64,000 bases of DNA from Candidatus Eiseniibacteriota bacterium. Its GTDB lineage: Bacteria; Eisenbacteria; RBG-16-71-46. The stretch is from the NCBI GenBank assembly GCA_963717505.1, contig OY970342.1, forward strand, positions 3,648,001 through 3,712,000. Reading direction: 5' to 3'. A program made the position numbers and the translations under genes. The notes under the pieces were generated by a model. The model was given only the letters and a program-made list of their open reading frames with translations. It was not told the DNA's origin and did not search any database. How positions within the stretch are numbered: the first letter of the stretch is position 1; each line of letters starts with the position of its first letter. Shown piece by piece: positions 49,135-59,785 of this stretch.

Positions 49135-50610
49135 ATGAGTTCGAACCAGCGACAACTACCTGACGGGCGCGTGGAGCTCGTCGACACCGCGCCGATCGAG
49201 CAGAGCCCGCTCTACAATCACGACCTCGCACCCGTCCCCGTGGCGCGGCGCAACTGGACCACCTACAACTACGCCGCGCTCTGGATCTCGATGGCGCACT
49301 GCATCCCGACCTACATGCTGGCGTCGGGGTTGATGGCGCAGGGGATGAACTGGCAGCAGGCGCTGTTCACCATCCTGCTCGGCAACATGATCGTCCTCAT
49401 CCCGATTCTGCTCAACTCGCATCCCGGCACCAAGTACGGCATCCCCTTTCCGGTGTTCGCGCGCGCGGCCTACGGTACGGCGGGATCCAACCTGCCGGCG
49501 CTGATGCGCGCACTGGTGGCGTGCGGGTGGTTCGGCATCCAGGCCTGGATCGGCGGTGAGGCGCTGAATACGTTCTTCGCCGCTCTGATCCCGAACTGGA
49601 ACACGCTGCTCGGCCCCGGATTCGGCGGGCACACGACCAGCGAGTGGCTGTCGTTCATGCTCTTCTGGGGGCTGAACATCTGGATCATCTACCGTGGCAT
49701 GAACCTGCTCCGGCAGGTGGAGAACTGGGCCGCGCCCTACGTTCTGGTGGTCACGCTCGGGCTCCTGATATGGGCGGTGAATGCCGCGCACGGCTTTGGC
49801 CCTCTGTTGTCGCAGCCCGGAAAGTTCCAGACGATGGGCGAGTTCCTGCCGGTGTTCTGGCCGTCGCTCACCGCGATGATCGGCTTCTGGGCGACGCTGT
49901 CGCTCAACATGCCGGATTTCACCCGCTTCGGACGCAGCCAGCGCGAGCAGGTCCTCGGCCAGACCGTGGCGCTCCCCACCACCATGTTCGCCTTCGCGGC
50001 GATGGGCGTGATGATCACCAGCGCCACCGCCATCATCTACGGCGAGGCGATCTGGGATCCGGTGAAGCTGGTCGGGAAGTTCGGGAATCCGTTCGTGGTC
50101 GGGTTCGCGATGTTCTCGGTGGTGGTCGCCACGCTGGCAGTGAACATCGCCGCCAATGTGGTCTCCCCCGCCAATGATTTCGCCAATGCGCTGCCGCGAT
50201 GGATCAGCTTCAGGACCGGCGGGCTCATCACGGGGTTGATCGGCATCGCGATGCAGCCGTGGCGGCTGCTCGCCGATCCCAAGGGCTACATCTTCGCCTG
50301 GCTGGTCGGCTACTCGGGCGGGCTCGGATCGATCGCCGGCGTGCTGATCGCCGACTACTGGATCCTGCGGCGACGCTCGCTCGATCTCGCCGACCTCTAC
50401 CTGCCCAAGGGCCGCTACGGCGGCTGGAACCCCGCGGCCGTGGCCGCCACCCTCGCCGGCTGCGCGCTGGCGTGGGGAGGGCTCGTGTTCCCACCACTCC
50501 GTCCGCTCTACGACTACGCCTGGTTCGTCGGCTTCCTCTCCGCCGGCGCGATCTACCTGCTCTTCGCGCGCCGGCGAGGCGTTGTGCAAGCCCCAGTGCC
50601 GGCAGCCTAG
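49135..50610 (+). CDS. NCS1 nucleobase:cation symporter
   Basis: YNHDLAP, WISMAH, GTKYGIPFPV, CGWFGIQ, NMPDFTRF, NIAANVVSP. Confidence 0.94.
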   Translation: MSSNQRQLPDGRVELVDTAPIEQSPLYNHDLAPVPVARRNWTTYNYAALWISMAHCIPTYMLASGLMAQGMNWQQALFTILLGNMIVLIPILLNSHPGTKYGIPFPVFARAAYGTAGSNLPALMRALVACGWFGIQAWIGGEALNTFFAALIPNWNTLLGPGFGGHTTSEWLSFMLFWGLNIWIIYRGMNLLRQVENWAAPYVLVVTLGLLIWAVNAAHGFGPLLSQPGKFQTMGEFLPVFWPSLTAMIGFWATLSLNMPDFTRFGRSQREQVLGQTVALPTTMFAFAAMGVMITSATAIIYGEAIWDPVKLVGKFGNPFVVGFAMFSVVVATLAVNIAANVVSPANDFANALPRWISFRTGGLITGLIGIAMQPWRLLADPKGYIFAWLVGYSGGLGSIAGVLIADYWILRRRSLDLADLYLPKGRYGGWNPAAVAATLAGCALAWGGLVFPPLRPLYDYAWFVGFLSAGAIYLLFARRRGVVQAPVPAA

Positions 50611-50632
50611 GCGACGGCTCCGATCTCGAGCG

Positions 50633-52924
50633 TCACCGCGCGACCACCATGGCGCGGGCGAGGGTCTGCTGATCCACCCTGAGGAGCGCGAAGTAAACGC
50701 CCGGCCTTAGCCCACGAGTGCTCCACTCGAGCCGATGCGCCCCGGCCTCCTGCCGCTCCCGAAGCAGCGTCACCACCCGCCTCCCCACCACGTCGTACAC
50801 CCCCAGGTCCACCCACCCGTCCGCCGGGAGTTGGTACTCGAGCTCCATATCACCGGGCCCGCGCTGAAACGCTCGCACATACGCTGGGGCCGCGCTCTTC
50901 GACAGGGCCGGCTCCGTGCCCGCGCACACCGTCATCGACTCGTAACGTTGACCTCCGTCCACGCAGCCGTCTCGGCCATGCCCTTGATCGTGCGGCACAC
51001 ACAACTGGACCGTTCCCTGGCACTCCCCGCCACGATTGTCGCGCGCCGTGAACGACACTAGATAGACTCGCCCGTCGCCATTCCCAGCCCTCTCGCGCCG
51101 CACCTGAGCAACGCCGTCAACGATCTCCGCGTCCGGGCAGGTGTGCCCGTCGCCGGTCCCGTCCACGGGCTCGTCCTGCGCGATCGCCGTCGCGAAGACG
51201 GTGACCGGATCCCCGTCGGGATCGCTCACCCCCTCGATCACGACCGTCACGAACTCGTGATTGGGGGGCCACGCGTCGATCGTGGCGTGGGCGACGTCGC
51301 ATACCGGAGCCTGGTTGTTGATCCAGCCGATCGCGGCTTCGGCCACGGTATCGATGCCGCGCGCGACGTCGTCGGGTTCGAGCCATACCGGCTCGTCCAC
51401 ATGCAGCTCGTCGTGGGTCAGGTAGTCTCCGGGCGCGCTCACACGGTACGCGTCGGCCCAAGCAAACCTCGCGAACCATCCGGACCCGATGCCCAGCGAC
51501 GTCGCCGTCGGCGCGTTGAACGCGGTCGCCGTCGACTTGCCGAAGAATCGGGACCGCGGGTGAAAGCGGAACAGGTGGGCGACCTGGTCCCCCGAGCTCA
51601 AGGCGCCGGGACCCACCAGGACCGCGATCGGGCGATCGTAGTCGCCGCTCGCGGCGCCGTGGATGACATAGGAACTCGGGGGTCCGTTCGGAGAGGGACA
51701 CAACGCGAGGTGATCCGGGCCGCAGCGCTCGACGAATCCGATGGTGGATACATCCCCGCCGAATAAGAGCGACAAGGCGGGGTAGGCCAGGAACATGTTC
51801 CCGCCGTAGTTGGTGCGGAAGTCGAAGATCAGCCCGGTCGTCTCGAACGAGTTCAACAGGGTTTGGACGGCGGTGTGGAACTGCGTTCCTGCGGTCCCTT
51901 CCCATGCGCGCACGTAGACGTAGCCGATTCGGGTGCCGTCGACGATGCCCCAGCTCACCGGATCGCGGCCCTGCAGGTAGTTGGGCATCTGCACTCCAGG
52001 GATCGGCAGCTGTTCCGTGCAATCCAAAGCACCTCCGGGCGGCGCTTCCAGCGCGGAGACGGGCAGGTGCACGGTTTCCCCGGTGTCGTGCTTCACGACG
52101 TCGATGGTGTTGAACAGATGCCAATTGAGTCCGGCGCTCATCAACATCGAATGGGTCCAGGACGAGCTGCTCGATCCCCACCACCAGCCGGTGAGCGGAA
52201 GCTGAGCCGCCAGCAGCTCCCGGTAGAGGCGCTTCCACGGGACTCCGTCGTAGCCCAGAACGATGTCACCGGGCACGAGCCCCAGGGGATGAGATGGCGC
52301 GGCCTTGTACACCAGCAGGCTGCTGTCGGGCAGAGGCGTGAGCCCGGCGCGGAAGTGCCGGCTGTCGCCCCAGCCACCGACGACGAACAGCGGAACTCCC
52401 GGCCGCAGAGCCGAACCATTCACGCCCGAGTAGTTGACGGCGGTGTGCGACTCGCGCAGTGCGAGCGCCAGGTGGTTCATGATCGCGGCGAAGCGCCCCC
52501 GGCTGACCCCGGCCTGGATCTCGGCGCGCCCCGACTCGCGCAGCGACGTCCAGTCCACGTCGATCCCCTGGAAGCACGCGAAGCCGACATCGATCCGGGT
52601 CCAAAACGCGTCGAAGGCGGCGAGCATCTGCGCGGTCGACCACGGACTCGGCCCCCAGGTTTGATCGATGAGCGCCGCCCAGTCGGTCGAAGCGACGCCA
52701 TACCGAGCGGAGGGAACCCCGGGCGGTGGGACGCGTGGTCCGCCCCCCGGCCCCGCGGTCGAAAGCGGATCGGGATCGAAGGGCCTGGTGTCGTATGGGA
52801 GGTGCTGAGGCTCGGGATTCGCGGGCAGCTCTTCGCGCGGTGAGGCCGCGAGTAACGCAGGCGCGAAAAGCAGGAAGGAGAGCACTCCGGCGACGCGGAA
52901 CTTGGAGACGGTCGGGACGGCCAT
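50633..52924 (-). CDS. Secreted S41 family peptidase with PDZ, WPPNH-type Ig-like domain and T9SS/FlgD-like CTD
   Basis: GYVYV, IFDFRTNYGGN, PIAVLVGPGALSSGD; CTD VYDVVGRRVVTL...PGVYFALL. Confidence 0.82.
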   Translation of the reverse strand: MAVPTVSKFRVAGVLSFLLFAPALLAASPREELPANPEPQHLPYDTRPFDPDPLSTAGPGGGPRVPPPGVPSARYGVASTDWAALIDQTWGPSPWSTAQMLAAFDAFWTRIDVGFACFQGIDVDWTSLRESGRAEIQAGVSRGRFAAIMNHLALALRESHTAVNYSGVNGSALRPGVPLFVVGGWGDSRHFRAGLTPLPDSSLLVYKAAPSHPLGLVPGDIVLGYDGVPWKRLYRELLAAQLPLTGWWWGSSSSSWTHSMLMSAGLNWHLFNTIDVVKHDTGETVHLPVSALEAPPGGALDCTEQLPIPGVQMPNYLQGRDPVSWGIVDGTRIGYVYVRAWEGTAGTQFHTAVQTLLNSFETTGLIFDFRTNYGGNMFLAYPALSLLFGGDVSTIGFVERCGPDHLALCPSPNGPPSSYVIHGAASGDYDRPIAVLVGPGALSSGDQVAHLFRFHPRSRFFGKSTATAFNAPTATSLGIGSGWFARFAWADAYRVSAPGDYLTHDELHVDEPVWLEPDDVARGIDTVAEAAIGWINNQAPVCDVAHATIDAWPPNHEFVTVVIEGVSDPDGDPVTVFATAIAQDEPVDGTGDGHTCPDAEIVDGVAQVRRERAGNGDGRVYLVSFTARDNRGGECQGTVQLCVPHDQGHGRDGCVDGGQRYESMTVCAGTEPALSKSAAPAYVRAFQRGPGDMELEYQLPADGWVDLGVYDVVGRRVVTLLRERQEAGAHRLEWSTRGLRPGVYFALLRVDQQTLARAMVVAR

Positions 52925-53032
52925 GACACCCTCCTCGGTTGCTCCCGGTCGCAGAAAAGCTAGCACAATCGCGCAGCAGTGGATCATCGCCACGGTTCGC
53001 GACCGCTGGCCGGGCCCGGGGGCGCGGGCCGG

Positions 53033-53370
53033 CTACTCGGAGCGCAGCGCCATGAGGGGGTCGACGCGCGCGGCGCGCAGCGCCGGGCGCAGGCACCCCA
53101 GGGTTGCGGTGACCAGGCACAACGTTGCGGCAATGCCCATGGTCAGCAGGTCGTCGGGACGCACCCCGACCAATAGGGCGCTCATGCCCCGCGCCGCGGC
53201 ATAGGCGACGGCAACGCCGATCGCCATGCCGATCAGCGCGAGTGCCAGACCCTCGCGCAACACCAGACCGACGATGCCGGAGACCTGGGCGCCGAGCGCC
53301 ATCCGCACACCCAGCTCCTGCGAGCGCTTGGACACGGTGAAGCTCAGGAGTCCGTGAATGCCGAGTCCCC
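53033..53370 (-). pseudogene. C-terminal fragment of a MacB/FtsX (ADOP-type) permease
   Basis: GIHGLLSFTVSKRSQELGVRMALGA and PALRAARVDPLMALRSE; remainder absent. Confidence 0.8.
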
Positions 53371-53492
53371 GGTTCGGGAGTCCGACTTTCTCGTGGGCCG
53401 CGCCACGTGTTCTCATAGAGCTGTTCAGTTCCCCGGGCGAGTGTCTTCCTGGATTCCGGGGGACTACGATTCTGCATCCTCAGGAGGCCGAG

Positions 53493-53909
53493 GTGTCGCG
53501 CGCGCATTGCCGGAGTCGGCTGATGATCTCGCTGCTCGCCCTGCTCGCCGCCGGGCTGGCGTCATGCGGCGGAGGCGGCTCCTCGTCGCCGCCGACCGGG
53601 GGGACCCCGGGCGGGGGCAATCCCACCGCCCCCGCTCCGTTCCGACTGACGTTTCCAACCGCCGGGCGGTCGGTGACGATCGTCTTCCCCAACCCCGGAA
53701 CGTTCCCCTACCACTGCGAGGCCCATCAGGGCGACGGCATGGCGGGGGTGGTGATCGTTCACTCGAGTGGCGTCGATTCGATGGTGGTCAGCGTCGGCCC
53801 GGGCAGCAACCGAATTTTCAATCCGACATCGGTGACCATCAAACCGGGAGGATCCGTGCGCTGGGTGAACGCAGGAACCCGGAACGATCACACGGTCACG
53901 AGCGACTGA
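53493..53909 (+). CDS. Cupredoxin (plastocyanin-like) lipoprotein with permuted domain halves
   Basis: AGGAGG RBS, lipobox LASC; YHCEAHQGDGM comes before FNPTSVTIKPGGSVRWVN...HTVT. Confidence 0.85.
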   Translation: MSRAHCRSRLMISLLALLAAGLASCGGGGSSSPPTGGTPGGGNPTAPAPFRLTFPTAGRSVTIVFPNPGTFPYHCEAHQGDGMAGVVIVHSSGVDSMVVSVGPGSNRIFNPTSVTIKPGGSVRWVNAGTRNDHTVTSD

Positions 53910-53927
53910 CGAGTCCTCGACGCCGGG

Positions 53928-54371
53928 CTACTGGCCCAGCACGAAGCGAATTCCCGCCGCCCCGGCAATGTAGAAGTCGACATCGTCGAGCACCTGGATC
54001 CCGGGAGCGGCCTCGGCGAAGAGCTCGATCTTGGGCGACGGCATGAGCTGAAGGCCGATCGGAGCACGAATGGCGAGGAAGAATTCCTCACTGTCTTCGA
54101 GCGGGAGACCAAGGTCGACGCCGGGTCCGAAGTACCAGTCCAGGTTGTCATTGGTGGTCCCCAGCATCTTCTTGACCGTCCACATGTCGATCGTGCCGTG
54201 GATGAAGTCCTCGCTCCACGCCACGCCGATCGGCATCCGGTCGAAGCGCAGCGACAGTCCGACGTTCCCCGGGTATCCGAACACTGCACCAATCGCGGTT
54301 TCTGCGCGCACGGTTCCTACCGTAGCCAGCGTCAGCAGTGCCGCGGCCGAAACGATGACTGCACCTCTCAC
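53928..54371 (-). CDS. Small outer membrane beta-barrel protein
   Basis: Signal peptide VRA; RAPIGL, ELFAEAAPG, GIRFV strands. Confidence 0.75.
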   Translation of the reverse strand: MRGAVIVSAAALLTLATVGTVRAETAIGAVFGYPGNVGLSLRFDRMPIGVAWSEDFIHGTIDMWTVKKMLGTTNDNLDWYFGPGVDLGLPLEDSEEFFLAIRAPIGLQLMPSPKIELFAEAAPGIQVLDDVDFYIAGAAGIRFVLGQ

Positions 54372-54490
54372 TTGAACCTCCCGCGTGTGGGGACGAATTC
54401 CGGATGCCCTCCGGAAGAGGGAGTACGCTAGCCCCCTGGGGTGGCCAGAGCAAAAACTGGTTCCCGGGCCAGCTGGAACGGCGTCCGGCC

Positions 54491-55357
54491 CTACGCCCAG
54501 CGGTGGGGTCGGTCCTTCCTCTGTTCGAACCCCTGCTCGTCGCAGAACGCGAGCCAGCGATCCCGAGGCACGCCCCGCCAACGCAGGTCTTCGAGCGTTT
54601 CGCCCAACGGCACGTCACGCCGAAGCGTGGCGAGCCGGCGAAACAGCAACGCGTCGTCCATGCGCTCCCGAAGCGTGGTGGCCAAGCGGTCGGCGCCGCG
54701 CACCTTCACCTGCCAATGCGCCGGATCGTCAGGGATCGCTTCCAGGTGCTGCCAGCGGGCGAGCACCGTGGTCGCGGACTTCTCCCCCCACCCCGGGAGC
54801 CCCGGGTAGCCGTCGGAGCTGTCGCCGACCAGGGCCAGCCAGTCCGGGATCGAAGCCGGCGACACGCCGAACTTGGCTCGCACTCCGTCTTCGTCGTAGG
54901 TGATCTCGCGTCGGCGATCCCGTTGCACGATGGTGGTTCCGATCACGCACTGGGCGAGGTCCTTGTCGGGCGTGCAGATCACCACCTGTTCGACCGACTC
55001 GCCGAACCGAGAGGCCGCGGTCGCCAGCGCATCGTCGGCCTCGAACTCCACCATCGGCCAGACCACGACTCCCATGGCTTCGAACGCGCGTTCGGCCAGC
55101 GGGAATTGCGTGAGCAGATCCTCCGGAACGCCTTCCTCGGTTTTGTAGCCGGGCCACAGGTCGTTTCGGAAGCTGCGGATCACGTGATCGGTCGCGGCCG
55201 CCAGGTGCGTCACGCCCGGCTCGCGCAGGAGCAAGAGCGTCGTCCCGATCAGGCCACCGACCGCGCCCACCTCACGCCCGTCGGGCGCGCGCGCCGGGTC
55301 CACGCCGAAGTAGGCGCGAAACAACTCGTAGGTGGCATCCAAGAGATGGAGCTTCAT
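54491..55357 (-). CDS. 5'-3' exonuclease / flap endonuclease
   Basis: LLDATY, FRNDLWPGYK, EADDA, DKDL, LVGDSSDGYPGLPGWGEKSA. Confidence 0.93.
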   Translation of the reverse strand: MKLHLLDATYELFRAYFGVDPARAPDGREVGAVGGLIGTTLLLLREPGVTHLAAATDHVIRSFRNDLWPGYKTEEGVPEDLLTQFPLAERAFEAMGVVVWPMVEFEADDALATAASRFGESVEQVVICTPDKDLAQCVIGTTIVQRDRRREITYDEDGVRAKFGVSPASIPDWLALVGDSSDGYPGLPGWGEKSATTVLARWQHLEAIPDDPAHWQVKVRGADRLATTLRERMDDALLFRRLATLRRDVPLGETLEDLRWRGVPRDRWLAFCDEQGFEQRKDRPHRWA

Positions 55358-55484
55358 GCGCGGTCCTCGGAGGCTCGTGGTACTCGCCGTTTCCTCTCGC
55401 GCCGCAAGAGTCGCCTGGACCGAGGATCAGATCAAGCGCCTGAGCGTCAGCGTCTTCTCGATCGACGGGTCGCCCGCGCGGAGA

Positions 55485-55841
55485 TCACTGCGGGATCGTC
55501 GTGAGGGCTCCGGCTTCGGTCGCGTGGATCGCCAAATGCTTGTCGAGGCCGAGCAACTCGACCACTGCGCGAGTCTGCTCCGATGGCTCGGCGAGGAACA
55601 GTGCACCCGCCTGCTCCCGGAACTGCTCGGTCAGCGAGAACAGAGCGCCGATTCCGGTCGAGCCGAGGAACGAAACACCGGCCAAGTTGAGGACGAGGTT
55701 CTGGCCCTGGGCCTGAACCGCTGCGCACCGGCGGATCAACGACGGCGCGGTGAAGCCGTCGAGCCGCCCGCGCAGCCTCAAGACCACGGCCCGTCCCTGG
55801 ACGGGACCGTCCTCGATCTGCAACTCCTCGGAGTTCATCAC
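55485..55841 (-). CDS. STAS anti-sigma factor antagonist
   Basis: LRGRLD, LVLNLAGVSFLGSTGIGAL, ELLGLD. Confidence 0.9.
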   Translation of the reverse strand: MMNSEELQIEDGPVQGRAVVLRLRGRLDGFTAPSLIRRCAAVQAQGQNLVLNLAGVSFLGSTGIGALFSLTEQFREQAGALFLAEPSEQTRAVVELLGLDKHLAIHATEAGALTTIPQ

Positions 55842-57910
55842 GCGGCGACCTCCTTGCCGAGCCTCTCGGGGTCGAACGCCATGGACACCAGATTCCCTTC
55901 GGGAGTCCCAGGGTAGTACGTCACGGTGCTCGCCGTCCGGTGCAGGATCTCCATCCCCAGTCCGCGACCCCGGCGTCTCACCTCAGAGTTCGTCAGGTCC
56001 GGGCGTTTCCACTCCTGCGAGTTGAAGGTGTTGCCCCAATCCCGGAGCAGGAAGTAGCCGGCCCCCATCGACGCGGGCTCGACGTCCTGATCCTGTTCGG
56101 CGACCCACCACAGCTCGAGGCGTAGGGCGTCGTTGCACCCATAGGCATGCTCCACGACGTTGGCCGCAGCCTCGTGGAGCGCCAGTTCGAGCGCTCCGAG
56201 CGCGGCCGCGCTCAGGTGTCGCGCCGGTGTCGAACGGACCAGCCAGTCGTCGATCCGACGCAGCGCCGCCAGGCTCGCGGGCAATACCAGCCTCGCCCCG
56301 CGGGCTTCCGCTTCGGCGAGCCGGGCGAGCCCCTCGCTCCACGACAGGCGGCCGGAGTCGGTCACGATGCCTTCGCGATCCCGCGCGATTACGAGGACCG
56401 TTTCGTCATCGCTCCGCGGGGCATTTCCACGCCACGACGCCACCGACTGCGAGAGTGCCGTCACCACCGCCCGGCTGCCGCCGCGTGCAGCGGGCGCGAC
56501 GGCCCGAGCCATGCGCTCGGCGCCATACTCGCCGGCGTTCTCGCCGACGGTTTCCGTCACGCCGTCCGTGTACTGGATCGCGACGTCCCCGGGTCCGAGC
56601 TGAAGGCGCACTTCTTCGAACGCGGTGCGGGACCTGGCCGTACGCACGATCCCGAGCGGCACGCCCTCGCCCCGATGCCATTCGGGTTCGGTGACTCCGT
56701 CGCGCAGCACCAGCAGCGGATGATGTCCGGCCGAAGCGAACACCAGTTCTCCGGTGCTCGGATCGAGGATTCCATAGAACATGGTGACGAAGCTTCCGCG
56801 TTCGATCATGGTGCCCATCTGGCGATCGAGTGCCACGAGCAACTCGGCCGGCGAGCGATGCACCGGCGCCAAAGCCCGCAGCAGAGCATGCAGCATCGCG
56901 GTGACCAGACTCCCGCCCAATCCCTTGCCGGCGACATCGGCGACCACCAATCCCATGCGACCGTCGGGCAGGTCCAGTGTCTGGTAGTAGTCGCCGCCGA
57001 CTTCGCTCGCCGGTTCCTGGCGGCCCTCGATGTGAAACGGACCCACCATGCGCTCGCGCGGGGGCAACAGGGACTTCTGGATCCGCTGCGCCAAGTCCAT
57101 CTCGTGAGCCAGCCGTTCCCGTTGGACCAGGTCCTGCTGCGCCAGCTCGAGTTGCCCGGCCATTCGATTCACCGTGTCGGCCAGAGCGCCGATCTCGCTC
57201 CGATCGCGCACTTCGAGGCGCGCCTTCAGGTCTCCGCCGCCGATGCGCTCGAGTCCGGCGCGCAGCGCGGCCACCGGGCGCAACACCAGGGACGACACGA
57301 CCAGCGCGGCGGCGATACCCAGCAGCACGAAGACCAGCAGGACCAGCGCCTGCTCCTGTCGCGCCTGCTCGATTCGATCGGCGATCGCCGACTGACGCAG
57401 GGCAATCCAGACGGTGCCCACCGAGCGGCCGTCGCCGTCGGCGACCGGCGTCGAGACCACGACCAGCTCACGATTTCCGGCAATCGTCTCGCCGGGGAGC
57501 GGCTCCGGCGCCTCGGACAACGCGGTGAGCCCCGAAGGCGGGACGAATGTGGTTCCCAAACGGCGCACGTCGCTGTCTCCCTGAATCACTCCGTCGCGGT
57601 CGGTGACCACGACGAACGCGATCTGCGACTGGCGTTCGAGGATCTGCTTGGCGAGCGGCAGGAGCGCCCACTCCGGGGTTTCGGTGAGCAGGGCGTCGGC
57701 GCCGACCAGCGCCACCTGGCGCGCCTGGAGCTGGAGCCCGGCCTCCATCTCGGCCGACAGCGCCCGGCGCGCATTGCGTTCGGTCACCGCGCCCACCGCG
57801 GCCACGACGGCCGCAACCAGCACCATCATGGCGAAGGCCACGAGCCAGCGGATGCTGTGCGTGATGCGCATCGGTCGCCCGGGACCGCGCATTCGGGTCG
57901 CCACGGTCAT
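55838..57910 (-). CDS. Membrane sensor: periplasmic domain, HAMP, SpoIIE/PP2C phosphatase and RsbW-like kinase
   Basis: Two TMs, HAMP EIGALA, VGGDYY, ADVAGKG, YTDGVTE, DDET; LHEAAANVVEHAY and GRGLG. Confidence 0.9.
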   Translation of the reverse strand: MTVATRMRGPGRPMRITHSIRWLVAFAMMVLVAAVVAAVGAVTERNARRALSAEMEAGLQLQARQVALVGADALLTETPEWALLPLAKQILERQSQIAFVVVTDRDGVIQGDSDVRRLGTTFVPPSGLTALSEAPEPLPGETIAGNRELVVVSTPVADGDGRSVGTVWIALRQSAIADRIEQARQEQALVLLVFVLLGIAAALVVSSLVLRPVAALRAGLERIGGGDLKARLEVRDRSEIGALADTVNRMAGQLELAQQDLVQRERLAHEMDLAQRIQKSLLPPRERMVGPFHIEGRQEPASEVGGDYYQTLDLPDGRMGLVVADVAGKGLGGSLVTAMLHALLRALAPVHRSPAELLVALDRQMGTMIERGSFVTMFYGILDPSTGELVFASAGHHPLLVLRDGVTEPEWHRGEGVPLGIVRTARSRTAFEEVRLQLGPGDVAIQYTDGVTETVGENAGEYGAERMARAVAPAARGGSRAVVTALSQSVASWRGNAPRSDDETVLVIARDREGIVTDSGRLSWSEGLARLAEAEARGARLVLPASLAALRRIDDWLVRSTPARHLSAAALGALELALHEAAANVVEHAYGCNDALRLELWWVAEQDQDVEPASMGAGYFLLRDWGNTFNSQEWKRPDLTNSEVRRRGRGLGMEILHRTASTVTYYPGTPEGNLVSMAFDPERLGKEVAA

Positions 57911-59785
57911 CGCTGGGTTCCAAACAGCTCGCGCGTGCGTTCTTTCCGCTCGCGGGCCCGCGCCAGGAAGCGTGCAGCGCGCGAATCCGTCGGATCCGCG
58001 CGTTGGGCTTTCTCCCAGTAGCTAACGGCAGTATCCAGCCGGCCGGCCGCGTAGGCGTCCATTCCGCGAGCCAGGTACTCGCGGTTGAGGTAGCGACCCG
58101 CGGCGGCATCGCCCGGATCCAGCGACAGCGCCAGCTCCCAGTAGCGAACCGCGTCGTCGGCTCGGCCCGCGCTCATCGCGGCGACCCCGCGCTTCACCAG
58201 CTGCTCGGCCTCGCGGCGATTGGCGGCGGAAGCGCTCGGTTGCGTCGGCGGAGACGGCGGGGCACCCGTCGCTTCGCGGTCGATCGCGGCCTGCCGTTCC
58301 TGCTCCTCGGTGCGCCGGGCGATCAGGACCTCGGTCCGCTCGAGCATGGCCGCGGCTTCGGCATCACTGGGGTTGGCCCGCACCAGAGCCGCAAAGCCGG
58401 CCCGAGCCCGCGCCAGATCTCCGGCGATCAGCGCATCGACCGAGGATCGGAATCGCGCGCCGCGATCCGCGTCACGCATTGCCTGGCGTTCCCCGGCCGC
58501 GCGCACGCGCTTCGCTCCCGCGACCGCAGCGGTGTCCTGGGGCGCGATCGCCAGCGCCCGGGTGTATGCGTCGGCGGCCGACACCAGGTCGGCTTCAGCC
58601 TCCCGCTCCCTGCCGAGCGCAACGTTGCCGCGCACGCCGAGCATGCGCACCCGCTGGTCGGCCGAGTCGAGGATGGCCGCGGTCGCCAAGAGGTCGAGCG
58701 CTTCCTCGTACGAGCGCTGGCCGATCGCCGTCTCGGCCCGCGCCACCAGATCGTCGAGACGCTCGGCGCCGCGCCGATCGAACTCGGATTCGAGCCGATT
58801 CTGGAATTCGCGCTCCGCTGCGTCTCGAGCCGCGGCCCGGCTCGCAGTCACGGTCGGTCCGAACGATTGCGTGAGCCCGACTCGGTGCACCGGCCCGAGC
58901 GCCACGTTCTCGAACGCATATCCGAACTCGAGGTTGCGCCAGGTCACGCCCGCGCCGGCCGTCAGCCGATCTTCGTGGAGGCCGACGCGCATCGCGAGCA
59001 GCCGGCGGACCAGGAGCTCGGCCCCCGCGTGCAATTTCGGCGACACTGTTTGCGAAGCGTCGCCATCCACGGCCACGGTCAGCTCCTGGCTGCCGACCCA
59101 GCCCCGCCACGCGAGTCCACCTCGCCAGGTGCGTGGATCGCGAACACTTTCGCGGTCGAGTCGCAGCGCGGGTTCCAGCGCATTGCGAATGCCGAGACCC
59201 GCGGTCAAACCCTCGAGCCATGACGCGCGGAAGCCGAGCGCCGGTCCGATCGCCACCAACACACCGAGGTCTCCCGCCAAGGCACTCGCTCCATATCCGC
59301 CCACGTCCTGACTCTGCAGCTTGAGCGAAGCACCGAGACTCCATGCGTCGTTGATCGGACGCGCATAGCCGACGGTGATTTCGGTTTCGGAGCTCGAGAA
59401 CTCGTCGCCCGAGACGTTGTTGCGCTCGTCCCGCGGCTCGACCCCGCCGACACCCACGCTGCGCACGCCGAGACCGAGCGAGCCCCAGCGCCAGCTGGGC
59501 GCCACCAGGGCGGCGTAGCTGTCGTGAGAATCGACTTCGACTCCCGCCGAGTGCGCGACTTCGTAGCCGAAACGCGACGCGAGCGCGAGCCCTGCCGGAT
59601 TCCAGGTCAGGGCGGCAGGATCGGTGGCGATCGCGCAGAACGCTCCACCCAGCGCCAGCGCCCGAGCGCCGGTGCCATTCGCGAACGGCGAACGCGTGCC
59701 GGCATCCTCGGCGGCGCGCGCCGACCCGGCCGTTCCGAGCTGCACGATCGCGAAGAGCGAGAGCGATCCCCGATACGATCTTCAT
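57907..59785 (-). CDS. PorV/PorQ-like barrel with C-terminal TPRs; apparent frameshift in the signal peptide near 59760
   Basis: GARALALGGAF, WNPAGL, VHRVGLTQSFG then TPRs; ATG 59785 overlaps the upstream stop but is out of frame with the body. Confidence 0.8.

Noticed and set aside
59750-59770. Frameshift in the PorV-TPR signal peptide as phase variation
   Set aside because: The repeat (CGCTCTCGCTCT on the minus strand) is too short for a contingency locus and resembles the other 2-nt loss; needs read checking.
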